Origin: Candidatus Kuenenia stuttgartensis
Lineage (GTDB): Bacteria > Planctomycetota > Planctomycetia > Pirellulales > UBA1268
Direction: 5' to 3'
Length of the DNA: 56,918 nt
Assembly (NCBI GenBank): GCA_945873085.1
Contig: CAMCCR010000002.1
Location: 1 to 56,918 of the forward strand
Each line of letters starts with the position of its first letter. Position 1 is the first letter of the stretch. A model generated the notes under the pieces. That model saw nothing but the letters and a program-made list of their open reading frames with translations. It had not been told where the DNA came from and ran no database searches. Positions 45,685 through 54,317 of this stretch are shown here, piece after piece. Position numbers and translations under genes: made by a program.

Positions 45685-46722
45685 ATGCCTTTCGACGCCG
45701 ATCGCTATTCCCGTCAGGTCCGTTTCGCGCCGATCGGCGCGGCCGGACAGGAGCGGCTGGCCGCGGCGCATGTGGCGCTCGTCGGCTGCGGGGCGCTCGG
45801 CGGGGTCGTGGCCATGGCGCTGGTTCGTGCCGGGATCGGACGGATCCGGATCATCGACCGCGACGTTCCCGAGCTTTCCAATCTTCCCCGGCAGGTGCTC
45901 TTCGACGAGGCCGACGTCGCAGCCGGGCTCCCCAAGGCGGTGGCAGCGGCCAGTCACCTCCAGCGGATCAACGCCGCCTGCCGGATCGAGCCGATCGTCG
46001 CCGACCTCATCCCTTCGAGCGTCCCCCGGCTCCTCGGCGGCGTCGACGTGATCGTTGACGGCACCGACAACTTCGAGGCCCGCTTCCTCATCAACGAGTT
46101 TGCCTGCCGAGAGGGGATTGCGTGGGTCCACGGCGGGGCGATCGGTGCCGAGGGGAGGGTGCTCTCGGTGCTCCCGGGGAGATCGGCCTGCCTCCGCTGC
46201 CTCGTCCCCGATCCCCCCGCCCCGGGCGCGCTCCCCACCTGCGACACGGCCGGCGTCATCGGGCCGGTGGCCCTTGTCGTCGGCGCGGTTGAGGCGGCGG
46301 AAGTGATGAAGATCATCGTCGGCACCGAGGCGCCCGTCGGTAACCGCCTTCTCGTTTGCGACCTGTGGGACAACCTCTGGCGCTCCGTCGATCTTTCGCC
46401 GCTGGCCGCGGCCGGCTGCCCGACCTGTCGCGGAAACGACTTCCCCTGGCTCGAGGGGAGGGCTGGCACGCAGGCCACGGTGCTCTGCGGGCGCGATGCC
46501 GTCCAGGTCGCCCCCGGACCGGGGCTGGCCGGGATCGATCTGGCGGCATTTGCCGAGCGAATGGCCGCCGTGGGACGCGTCGTCGCCAATCGATGGATCG
46601 TCCGCGTCACGGTGGAAGAGGGGATCGAGCTGGCGGTGTTTACCGACGGCCGGACGATCGTCTCCGGCACGCGCGACGAAGCACGGGCCCGCGGGCTCGT
46701 GGCCCGTTATGTCGGCGCCTGA
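45685..46722 (+). CDS. ThiF/MoeB/HesA family E1-like adenylyltransferase
   Basis: YSRQVRF..VALVGCGALGGVVAMALVRAGIGRIRIIDRDVPELSNLPRQ Rossmann/ATP motif, zinc CxxC pairs (CLRC, CPTC), and a ThiF-type C-terminal domain. Start trimmed to the ATG at 45685. Confidence 0.8.
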   Translation: MPFDADRYSRQVRFAPIGAAGQERLAAAHVALVGCGALGGVVAMALVRAGIGRIRIIDRDVPELSNLPRQVLFDEADVAAGLPKAVAAASHLQRINAACRIEPIVADLIPSSVPRLLGGVDVIVDGTDNFEARFLINEFACREGIAWVHGGAIGAEGRVLSVLPGRSACLRCLVPDPPAPGALPTCDTAGVIGPVALVVGAVEAAEVMKIIVGTEAPVGNRLLVCDLWDNLWRSVDLSPLAAAGCPTCRGNDFPWLEGRAGTQATVLCGRDAVQVAPGPGLAGIDLAAFAERMAAVGRVVANRWIVRVTVEEGIELAVFTDGRTIVSGTRDEARARGLVARYVGA

Positions 46723-46750
46723 CGGGCCCGGGCCCGACGCTGCCGGCCAT

Positions 46751-48268
46751 TCAGCCTGCCGTAGCGGCTTCCATGATCCGCGCTTCAGTCGCCTCGGCGC
46801 GGGCCAACTCGGCCGTCAGACGCCCCTCGGCGAGGACGAGGATCCGGTCGGCGAGCGTGAGGAGCTCCGGGAGCTCGCTCGAGGTGAGGATCACTCCGAG
46901 TCCTTGCCGGCAGAGGCCATCGATGAGGGTGTAGAGCTCCGCCTTGGCCCCGACGTCGATGCCGCGGGTCGGGTCGTCGAGGAGGAGCACCTCCGGCTTT
47001 GTCAGCAGCCATCGGCCGATGATGCACTTCTGCTGGTTGCCGCCGGAGAGCCCGGTGATCGTGGCGTGGAGCCCGGGCGTCTTCACCCCCGTATCGCGCA
47101 CCGGGCCCGCGGCGAGTTGCTCCTCGGCGGTGCGGCTGAGGAGCCCGTTGCGGAGGGCTTCCCGGAGCGCGCAGAGACTGACGTTTCCGGCGACGTCGAG
47201 ATCGGGGAACAGCCCGAGCCGCTTCCGGTCCTCGGTGACCATCGCCACCCGCGCCTCGCAAGCCTCGCGCGGATGGCGAAACCGCACCGGCCTGCCCCGG
47301 AGCTCGATCGAGCCGGTCCAGGTGTCGTCGCCGGCGCCGAAGAGCACCTCGAGGAGCTCGGTGCGCCCCGCCCCCATCAGGCCGGCGATGCCGACGATCT
47401 CGCCGGCGTGGAGATCGAACGAGATGTCGTTGAGGCGGTAGCCGCGCGGATGCTCGGGCCAGGGGAGGGAGAGTCCGCGGACCTCGAGGAGCTTGTCGCC
47501 CCGAGGCCTGCTGCCATGGAAGTCGTGGCCGGCGATGTCGCGGCCCACCATCCAGCCGGTGATTTCGCGGGGGCTCGTGGCCGTCGTGTCGACCGTCTTC
47601 ACGTGTCGGCCGTCACGGAGGACGGTGATCCGATCGGCGAGGCGGAAGACCTCGTCCATCTTGTGGGAGATGTAGAGAATCGTCTTTCCTTGCGCGACAA
47701 GCCGCTGGATGGTCCGCTCGAGCCGGGCCGACTCGACCTCCGTCAGGGCGCTGGTCGGTTCGTCCATGACGACGATCGAGGCATCGAGGGAGAGGGCCTT
47801 GGCAATCTCGACGAGCTGTTGATCGCCGACGCGGAGGTTGCCGGTGCGATCGCCGGGATCGACGGCGCAGTCGAGCTGAGAAAACAGCGACGAGCACTCC
47901 TCCGCCATCGAGGAATCGTCGAGGAGGCCGAGGGCACCACGCCGCTCGCGACCGAGGAAGACGTTTGCCGCCACCGGGAGATCCTCGACGAGGGCCAACT
48001 CCTGATGGATGATCGCAATCCCGGCCCGCTCGGCATCGCGGGTGCCGGTGAAGCGGGTGTCGCGGCCGTCGACCTCGAGCACGCCGGCGTCGGGATGGTA
48101 GACGCCGGAGAGGATCTTCATGAGCGTGCTCTTCCCGGCGCCGTTCTCCCCGCAGATCGCATGGACCTCGCCGCGACGGACCTCAAGGGTCACGTCGTCG
48201 AGGGCCACCACCCCCGGAAACCGCTTCGTGATGCCGAGCATCCGCACGGCGAAGGGGGAAGTGCTCAT
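46751..48268 (-). CDS. sugar ABC transporter ATP-binding protein (CUT2 family, duplicated ATPase, RbsA/MglA/XylG-like)
   Basis: Two ABC cassettes: GENGAGKST plus the degenerate second Walker A GLMGAGRTE, and signatures LRVGDQQ and LSGGNQQK. The real start is the ATG at 48268. The 178 upstream codons in the ORF track are R/G-rich artefact. Confidence 0.9.
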   Translation of the reverse strand: MSTSPFAVRMLGITKRFPGVVALDDVTLEVRRGEVHAICGENGAGKSTLMKILSGVYHPDAGVLEVDGRDTRFTGTRDAERAGIAIIHQELALVEDLPVAANVFLGRERRGALGLLDDSSMAEECSSLFSQLDCAVDPGDRTGNLRVGDQQLVEIAKALSLDASIVVMDEPTSALTEVESARLERTIQRLVAQGKTILYISHKMDEVFRLADRITVLRDGRHVKTVDTTATSPREITGWMVGRDIAGHDFHGSRPRGDKLLEVRGLSLPWPEHPRGYRLNDISFDLHAGEIVGIAGLMGAGRTELLEVLFGAGDDTWTGSIELRGRPVRFRHPREACEARVAMVTEDRKRLGLFPDLDVAGNVSLCALREALRNGLLSRTAEEQLAAGPVRDTGVKTPGLHATITGLSGGNQQKCIIGRWLLTKPEVLLLDDPTRGIDVGAKAELYTLIDGLCRQGLGVILTSSELPELLTLADRILVLAEGRLTAELARAEATEARIMEAATAG

Positions 48269-48300
48269 GTCGGAGGGGATGCAGCCGGAGGTGCGCTGGC

Positions 48301-49578
48301 TCACGTCGTGGAGCGACGTGATTCCCAGACTCGGAGGAGACCGAGGAGGAACAGGGCTCCGACGCCGGTGGCGATGCCGCCGTTGCGGCCGGCCGTCATC
48401 GCAGCAAGCGCCCCTGTGAGGAGTGAGAGCGTCGGTATCGCGCACAGGCCGATGGCTCCAGGAAGGAGCCGCGTGCCCCCCTTCGCCAGGGCGCCGAGCT
48501 GGGAGAAGGTCACGGCGATCACCACCACCACGCCCACGATCAGGCCCTCGTAGACGTCGGCCCCTGTCTTGATGATCTTCGACACCGCGTCGATGACGAC
48601 CCGGAGAAAAATCGCCCCGAGGACCGTTCCCGGGACGGTGCCCACGCCCCCTGAGAGCGAACAGCCCCCGACGACGGCCGCAGCGATCGCGTTGAGCTCG
48701 TGCCCGCGCCCCTGGTTCACCGGCGCCGCGACCGATTCGTTGGCGACATAGAACAGCCCGGCCAAGGCCGCCGTCATGGCGCCGAAGCAGTAGGCGAACC
48801 ACTTCACGTTCTCGGTGCGGATCCCCGCCAGGCGGGCGGCCTGTTCATTGCCGCCGAGAGCGTGGATGTGACGGCCGAGGACGGTGCGGGTGAGGAGCAG
48901 CCAGGTGAACACGGCGAGGAGAGCGAACACCGCCACCGGGATCCAGACGTTGTCACGGATGGCCTTGAAGATCGGATCGGAGACGTTGATCTGGGCGCTT
49001 TTTGTCCCCACGACACCGAGCGTGCAGCTCTCGCACAGCGCCCGGGCGAAGCTCCGTAGTCCCACGAGCGTGGCGAGGGTGGCGATAAACGGCGGCAGGC
49101 GCACCGCCGTGATCAGCCAGGTGTGGAGTGTGCCGACGAGAAAGCCCGTCAAAAGGGCCGCCAGGACTCCCACCCCCACCACTGCCGGCCCCACCGGCTT
49201 GAAGGCCATGATCTCCTTCGGCGCCAGGGCCAGCATCGTCGTCGCCGCGATAGTTCCGGAGAGCGCGATCATCGAGCCCGATGAGAGATCGATCCCGCCG
49301 GCAATGATGACCACCGTCGCGCCGAGGGCGAAGATCCCGAGCAGCGCCGTGTTGCGGAGGATGTCGGTGAGGCTCTGCCAGGGGAGACGAAAGTAGCTGT
49401 GGTTGGAATCAACGATTCCCGTGAGGAGCACCGCCACGACAATCGCCGCCACGAGCGCCCACTCGGCAGGCCGCAGTCCGAGCCAGGCCGTCCGGCGGAG
49501 CCGGGGCGCGGCGCTCCCCTGGGGGGCAGGCGAACCCTCGGACGAGCGGCGGGAGTGGGCGTCGTTCGGCGGCGTCAT
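48301..49578 (-). CDS. sugar ABC transporter permease (RbsC/BPD_transp_2 family)
   Basis: Multi-TM protein with the GGIDLSSGSMIAL motif typical of CUT2 permeases. Confidence 0.85.
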   Translation of the reverse strand: MTPPNDAHSRRSSEGSPAPQGSAAPRLRRTAWLGLRPAEWALVAAIVVAVLLTGIVDSNHSYFRLPWQSLTDILRNTALLGIFALGATVVIIAGGIDLSSGSMIALSGTIAATTMLALAPKEIMAFKPVGPAVVGVGVLAALLTGFLVGTLHTWLITAVRLPPFIATLATLVGLRSFARALCESCTLGVVGTKSAQINVSDPIFKAIRDNVWIPVAVFALLAVFTWLLLTRTVLGRHIHALGGNEQAARLAGIRTENVKWFAYCFGAMTAALAGLFYVANESVAAPVNQGRGHELNAIAAAVVGGCSLSGGVGTVPGTVLGAIFLRVVIDAVSKIIKTGADVYEGLIVGVVVVIAVTFSQLGALAKGGTRLLPGAIGLCAIPTLSLLTGALAAMTAGRNGGIATGVGALFLLGLLRVWESRRSTT

Positions 49579-49695
49579 GCGAGCGGAAGAAGACAGACCA
49601 GCAGCCCGACTCGAGTGGCCGGAATGGATGGCAGGTCGATGCGAGGGAGCGGTCCCGGCCGGACAGGGGCCGGGAAGAAGTCCGCGGGGGTTTTT

Positions 49696-50826
49696 TTAGG
49701 AACTCGACAGACCGTAGCGTCCGAGCCACTCCCGGAACTCGGTCAGCGTCTTGAACTCGTGAGGGATGTCGGCCGGCAGCGAGTCCGGCTTGATCGGCGA
49801 GCCCTCGTCCGGAACGATCAGCCGCAGGCCGGTGGTGTAGATGTCACCGTTCTCGGTGCCGAGATTCGGGAACATGTCCTTGATGACGGTCTGATCGTCG
49901 CCGAGCATGGCGACGAGGAGACGGATGGTCTGCGAACCCATCTCGAACGGATTCTGGACGACCATCGCGTCGATGAGGCCGTTCCCCATGTGCTCGAGCG
50001 CGATCGCCTGGGCATCAAAGGTGACGACCGTCGTCGTGGCGCGGACATTTCGCTCCTTGACAACCTCGGCGATCGCCGGGGCGTCGTAGGCCCAGATTCC
50101 CACCAGGGCCACGAGGTCGCGGTGGTTGACCAGCGCCGTGCGAACGTTGTCGCGGGCCTTCGCCCCCTCCATGCCGTCGGGCATGCGGTCGAGTTCGCTG
50201 TAGGCGCTGCCGACCGCTTCCTTGAAGCCGTCCATCCGGGCCCGGGCATTGTCGACGTCGGTGAACCCGGCGAACTGGACGTAGCCCCCGGAGGTGACGT
50301 TGCGGGCGGCGAGGATCTTCCCGGCGGCGGCGCCGAGGAGGCGGCCACCGACGATGTTGTCGGTGCCGATGTAGTAGGGGCGGGCGTCACGGAAGCGGGC
50401 CCGGTCGACGTCGCTGTCGACGGTGATCACCTTGACCCCCTTGGCGGCGAGGTTTTTCATCTCCTCGACGATCGCGGCGTTGTCGGCCTGGATGACGGAG
50501 ATCGCCACGCCGGCAATGTCGGACTGGCTGGCGAACTGCCGCAGTTTCTCGATCTGCCCCTGGGCGGTGCCGTTGTTCTTCTCCATGACGGCCACGAGGC
50601 CCTTCGACTCGATGCCGAACAGCTTCGCCCCTTCCTGGAGACCGGCGTTGCAGGCATCCCAGAACGGATCGTCACCGTTGGTGAGGAAGATGAGCCGCTT
50701 CGTCGGGCCAGCGGCGGCGGCCTTCCCGGTCGCGTCCGGGCTGCCCTTCTTCGCCTCGGGCGAACACCCGACCGCCAAGCCGAGGAGGCACGCCACCGAA
50801 AGGGTCATCTGCCGTCGCGTGAACAT
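49696..50826 (-). CDS. sugar ABC transporter substrate-binding lipoprotein (periplasmic-binding protein type I)
   Basis: Lipobox LAVGCS after MFTRRQMTLSVACLLG, a PBP type I fold pattern, and operon position upstream of the permease and ATPase genes. Confidence 0.8.
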   Translation of the reverse strand: MFTRRQMTLSVACLLGLAVGCSPEAKKGSPDATGKAAAAGPTKRLIFLTNGDDPFWDACNAGLQEGAKLFGIESKGLVAVMEKNNGTAQGQIEKLRQFASQSDIAGVAISVIQADNAAIVEEMKNLAAKGVKVITVDSDVDRARFRDARPYYIGTDNIVGGRLLGAAAGKILAARNVTSGGYVQFAGFTDVDNARARMDGFKEAVGSAYSELDRMPDGMEGAKARDNVRTALVNHRDLVALVGIWAYDAPAIAEVVKERNVRATTTVVTFDAQAIALEHMGNGLIDAMVVQNPFEMGSQTIRLLVAMLGDDQTVIKDMFPNLGTENGDIYTTGLRLIVPDEGSPIKPDSLPADIPHEFKTLTEFREWLGRYGLSSS

Positions 50827-50971
50827 GGTTTCAACCCTGGAGAGACGAAGCTTGAGGAACGAAGTGTATCGAGTGAGGTTCGAGATCGACTTCGGCGCGG
50901 ATTTCGAGGCCCCAGATCCGGGCCCACCCCACCCCAAGTCACCGACCCCCTCGCGGGGATTCCCAGCCGGC

Positions 50972-51517
50972 TCAGTAACGTAACCCATTTTTCCTCACAT
51001 GCACGAGAGGTGCTCCGGCCGATCCGGAATCCCCCCCCACCACCTCGGCCACGACGACCACATGGTCCCCGGCAGCCGCCCGGGTCGTCGCCCGGCACTC
51101 GATCCAGCCCGATGCTGCAGCGAGGGCCGCGATGCCACCGGGAGTGCGGAGGGTGTCGAGGCCGGTGAAGGGGTCTTCCCCTGGATTCGACGGCTTCCCA
51201 AACCGCGACAGGAGGCCGCGTTGCGATTCGCCGAGCACGTTGACGACGAACGGAAGTCCGCGGTCGATCGCGGCGAGGAGATCCCGGGTCGGTGCCACTG
51301 CCACGGAGACCGATGGGGGCGCGAAGCCGGCCTGCACCACCCAACTGGCGAGCATCGTCCGATCGGCCCCGTCGTCCCGCCAACTGATCACGAACAGCCC
51401 GCTCGGGATCCGCCCGAGCGCGGTGGCAACCCCCTCGCTGACCCCGGGCGCCCCGGGGGACTGGGGAGGCAGCGGGGATGCGGAGTGAGGTCCGGCGGGG
51501 TCGGGCGATGTGGCCAT
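50972..51517 (-). CDS. flavin reductase-like FMN-binding domain protein
   Basis: IPSGLFVISWRDDGADRTMLASWVVQAGFAPPSVSVAV fits the flavin reductase domain pattern. Confidence 0.7.
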   Translation of the reverse strand: MATSPDPAGPHSASPLPPQSPGAPGVSEGVATALGRIPSGLFVISWRDDGADRTMLASWVVQAGFAPPSVSVAVAPTRDLLAAIDRGLPFVVNVLGESQRGLLSRFGKPSNPGEDPFTGLDTLRTPGGIAALAAASGWIECRATTRAAAGDHVVVVAEVVGGDSGSAGAPLVHVRKNGLRY

Positions 51518-51836
51518 GGGCTTTGCGTCAGCAGAGGAGGGACAGGCAGCCCCGGCAGGGGATGGAGCCAGGGAAGTCGCGAGGAAATGAGGGAACGAGC
51601 GAGGCTCGGTAGGTCTCCATCCTACCCTGTTTTCCGCGGTCGTGTGGGGGAGGGGAGAGGGGGACGGATTGCCGATCGGAGGGCGTTTTCCGGGTCGTGT
51701 TGCGGTCGTTCGATGCCGATCTCTCTGGAGTCGAACTCGGCGTGATCCCTACAGTCGACCGGCGGGTCGAGCCTGTCCGCCAGGATCTCGCCAGGCGACC
51801 GGCAAGGCCGTGGCCGTCGTGGTCACTCTTGATTCC

Positions 51837-53042
51837 ATGAAGCGTTCCCGCCACCTCTCCCTGCACGCCAGCAGGATCGCCCTGGCGACCCTGCTTCTCT
51901 CGGCCTGCGCGCTGGTGGTTGGGATGGCGGGGGCGAACGCCCAGTCTCCTGAGACGCCCCTCCGGTTGCCTTCACCCGTCGGCACCACGCTGCCGCCGGA
52001 GCCGTCACCGCAGCCCACGCCAGGGCTCGGCCTTCCGCCACTGGCCGATCCCGGTCTTTCGGGGGCGATGCCCGATTCGCTTTCGAGGTCGCCCTCTCCG
52101 GGGCTCCCCGGGATCGATCCGCTGCCTCCGGTGGGGAACGGACCAGTGGTCCTCGACATGCCCTACGAGGCCCTTCCCTCGGCCTCCGAGGATGGCTACC
52201 TGACGCCTGGGACCGCGTTCCCCGAGGGCTTTGACGATCTCTGGGCGCCGCGGCCATGGTCGTGGCAAATCATGCCCAACAACCTCATCTACACCAGCTA
52301 CCTCGCCGGCCCGAAGGAGCCCCGCTTCGGCACCGTCTGGTACGACGACACGACACCTCCTCCCTATGCCACCACCGGACAGGAGGGCTGGTTGTGGGAT
52401 TCGACGCTCGGCGGGAGAGCCTCGATCGTCCGGTATGGCTCCGATCCGGTTCTCCATCCGCAGGGCTTCGAGGTGCAGATCGAAGGTGCCGCGTTCGTGC
52501 GACTCGATCCCCAGGACGACCGCGACCTGCGGTCGGCGGACTACCGCTTCGGGATCCCCGTCGTCTACGGCGTGGGGCGGTGGCAGACGAAGCTCGCCTA
52601 CTACCACAACAGTGCCCACCTCGGTGATGAGTTCATGCTCAAGCATCCGACCTTCCCGCGGATCAATTACGTCCGCGACTGCATCGTGTGGGGCAATTCC
52701 TACTACCTCTACGACTGGATGCGGATCTACGGCGAAGCTGGGTGGGCGTTCTTCACCGCCGGAGGGGCTGAGCCGTGGGAGTTCCAGGGGGGCGTCGAGC
52801 TGATCCAGGCACGCCCCACGGGACGGCAGGGATCTCCGTTCCTGGCCGTCAACGGATTCTCCCGTCAGGAGCTCGATTGGGGGGGGAATGTCTGCGTTCA
52901 GACCGGCTGGGCGTGGCGTGGACAACGCAGCGAAAAGCTCTACCGGATCGGCTTCGAGTACATCTATGGCTCCGATCCGCAGTACGAGTTCGTCCACAAG
53001 AACCAGAATCGGGCCGGCATCGGGATGTGGTACGACTACTGA
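51837..53042 (+). CDS. putative outer-membrane protein (DUF1207-like, recollection-level assignment)
   Basis: Signal peptide (ALATLLLSACALVVGMAGANAQ), a P-rich linker, YLAGPKEPRF, beta-rich aromatic segments, and a C-terminal ..GMWYDY. Confidence 0.55.
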   Translation: MKRSRHLSLHASRIALATLLLSACALVVGMAGANAQSPETPLRLPSPVGTTLPPEPSPQPTPGLGLPPLADPGLSGAMPDSLSRSPSPGLPGIDPLPPVGNGPVVLDMPYEALPSASEDGYLTPGTAFPEGFDDLWAPRPWSWQIMPNNLIYTSYLAGPKEPRFGTVWYDDTTPPPYATTGQEGWLWDSTLGGRASIVRYGSDPVLHPQGFEVQIEGAAFVRLDPQDDRDLRSADYRFGIPVVYGVGRWQTKLAYYHNSAHLGDEFMLKHPTFPRINYVRDCIVWGNSYYLYDWMRIYGEAGWAFFTAGGAEPWEFQGGVELIQARPTGRQGSPFLAVNGFSRQELDWGGNVCVQTGWAWRGQRSEKLYRIGFEYIYGSDPQYEFVHKNQNRAGIGMWYDY

Positions 53043-53138
53043 CGTCGGTCGGGCTGACAGGTGACACGCGCCGGGACGGCGGGTCCATGGGCGACGCCCT
53101 GACGGTAGCCCGCCCCGACATCCTGGAGCTTTCCTTCC

Positions 53139-54176
53139 GTGCCCCTCTTGGCGATCGAGACGACCTGCGACGAGACCGCGGCTGCCGTGATTGATCGGTC
53201 GCGTCGGGTGCTCTCGAGTGTGGTCGCCAGTCAGGACGAGCTCCATGCGCGGTGGCGGGGAGTCGTCCCGGAACTCGCCTCGCGGGCCCATGTCGAACGG
53301 ATCGTGCCGGTGATCGACGAGGCGTTGGCCCGGTCCGGTGTTGCCAGGGATCACTTGGAAGCCGTCGCCGTCGCCGTCCGGCCGGGGCTGGTCGGCTCGC
53401 TCCTGGTCGGCCTGTCGGCCGCGAAGGGGATTGCCGCCGTGCTTCGCTGTCCCCTCGTCGGCTACGATCACATCGCCGCCCATCTCTATGCGTGTCGCCT
53501 GGCCCACGGGGAGCGGATGACCTACCCGTGTGTCGGGCTCGTCGCCAGCGGTGGGCACACGTCGCTGTTCCATCTCCATTCGCCGCTCGAGCTCGACAGG
53601 CTGGGGGGGACGATCGATGACGCCGCCGGCGAGGCCTTCGACAAGGCGGCGGCCCTCCTCGGCCTCGGCTATCCCGGTGGCCCTTCGATGGAGCGGGCCG
53701 CAGTCGGCGGGAATCCCGCCGCGCACCGTTTTCCGCGGCCACTCGCCAACGATCGGGATCGGATGGACGTCAGCTTCAGCGGCCTCAAAACCGCCCTCCG
53801 TTACCGGGTCAGGCCTCCGGGAGCTCCCGACGATACGCCCGCTCCCACCGGACGCGCCCTCGCCGATCTCGCGGCGTCGTTCCAGCAGGCCGTGGTTGAG
53901 ACGATCCTCGCCAAGGTCGATCTGGCCCTCGCCCGGACGAAGTGCCGCGTGCTCGCGGTTGGAGGGGGAGTGACCGCGAACACGGCGCTGCGCGAGGCCC
54001 TGGAGCGACTCGGCCGCAAGCGACGCGTGGATGTGCTCATCCCGCCGCGGGAGTTGTGTACCGACAACGCCGCCATGGGGGGGATCGCCTGGGAGCGGCT
54101 GGAGCGGGGAGAGGATGACGGCCTCGAGCTTGATGTCCGCCCCGGCACCGATCGCAGCGCGACCCGAGGGCGTTGA
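53139..54176 (+). CDS. tsaD: tRNA N6-adenosine threonylcarbamoyltransferase
   Basis: LLAIETTCDETAAAV, H..H metal site context, SGGHTSL and GYPGGP. GTG start. Confidence 0.9.
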   Translation: MPLLAIETTCDETAAAVIDRSRRVLSSVVASQDELHARWRGVVPELASRAHVERIVPVIDEALARSGVARDHLEAVAVAVRPGLVGSLLVGLSAAKGIAAVLRCPLVGYDHIAAHLYACRLAHGERMTYPCVGLVASGGHTSLFHLHSPLELDRLGGTIDDAAGEAFDKAAALLGLGYPGGPSMERAAVGGNPAAHRFPRPLANDRDRMDVSFSGLKTALRYRVRPPGAPDDTPAPTGRALADLAASFQQAVVETILAKVDLALARTKCRVLAVGGGVTANTALREALERLGRKRRVDVLIPPRELCTDNAAMGGIAWERLERGEDDGLELDVRPGTDRSATRGR

Positions 54177-54237
54177 CTCGAGATCGGATCGCCCCGCCCG
54201 CCGCAGGATGCGGGGGCCGACACGCTCGGCAAACCTT

Positions 54238-54295
54238 CCAGCCGTCGCCTCCGTGCGACGGGACAGCCAGCCGTCGCCTCCGTGCGACGGGACAG
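54238..54295. repeat. perfect tandem duplication of a 29-bp hairpin-forming unit between the convergent tsaD and dnaB genes
   Basis: CCAGCCGTCGCCTCCGTGCGACGGGACAG occurs twice head-to-tail (54238-54266 and 54267-54295). Each copy contains CCGTCGC-ctccgt-GCGACGG. Confidence 0.9.
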
Positions 54296-54317
54296 AGCCA
54301 GTAGGGCGCTCTATCCG

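Noticed and set aside
46496-48553. A 685-aa + strand ORF, and the 178-codon N-terminal extension of the ABC ATPase ORF (48269-48802)
   Set aside because: The + ORF is antisense to the duplicated ABC ATPase. The extension is R/G-rich, overlaps the permease gene, and the conserved ATPase N-terminus begins at the ATG at 48268.
49399-51168. A 589-aa + strand ORF
   Set aside because: It is antisense to the sugar-binding lipoprotein gene and the flavin reductase gene, and it is R/G/D/P-rich.
52005-53726. A 573-aa minus-strand ORF, and the 297-aa ORF at 52849-53742
   Set aside because: They are antisense to the DUF1207-like OMP and tsaD genes, and they cross the intergenic gap between those genes.
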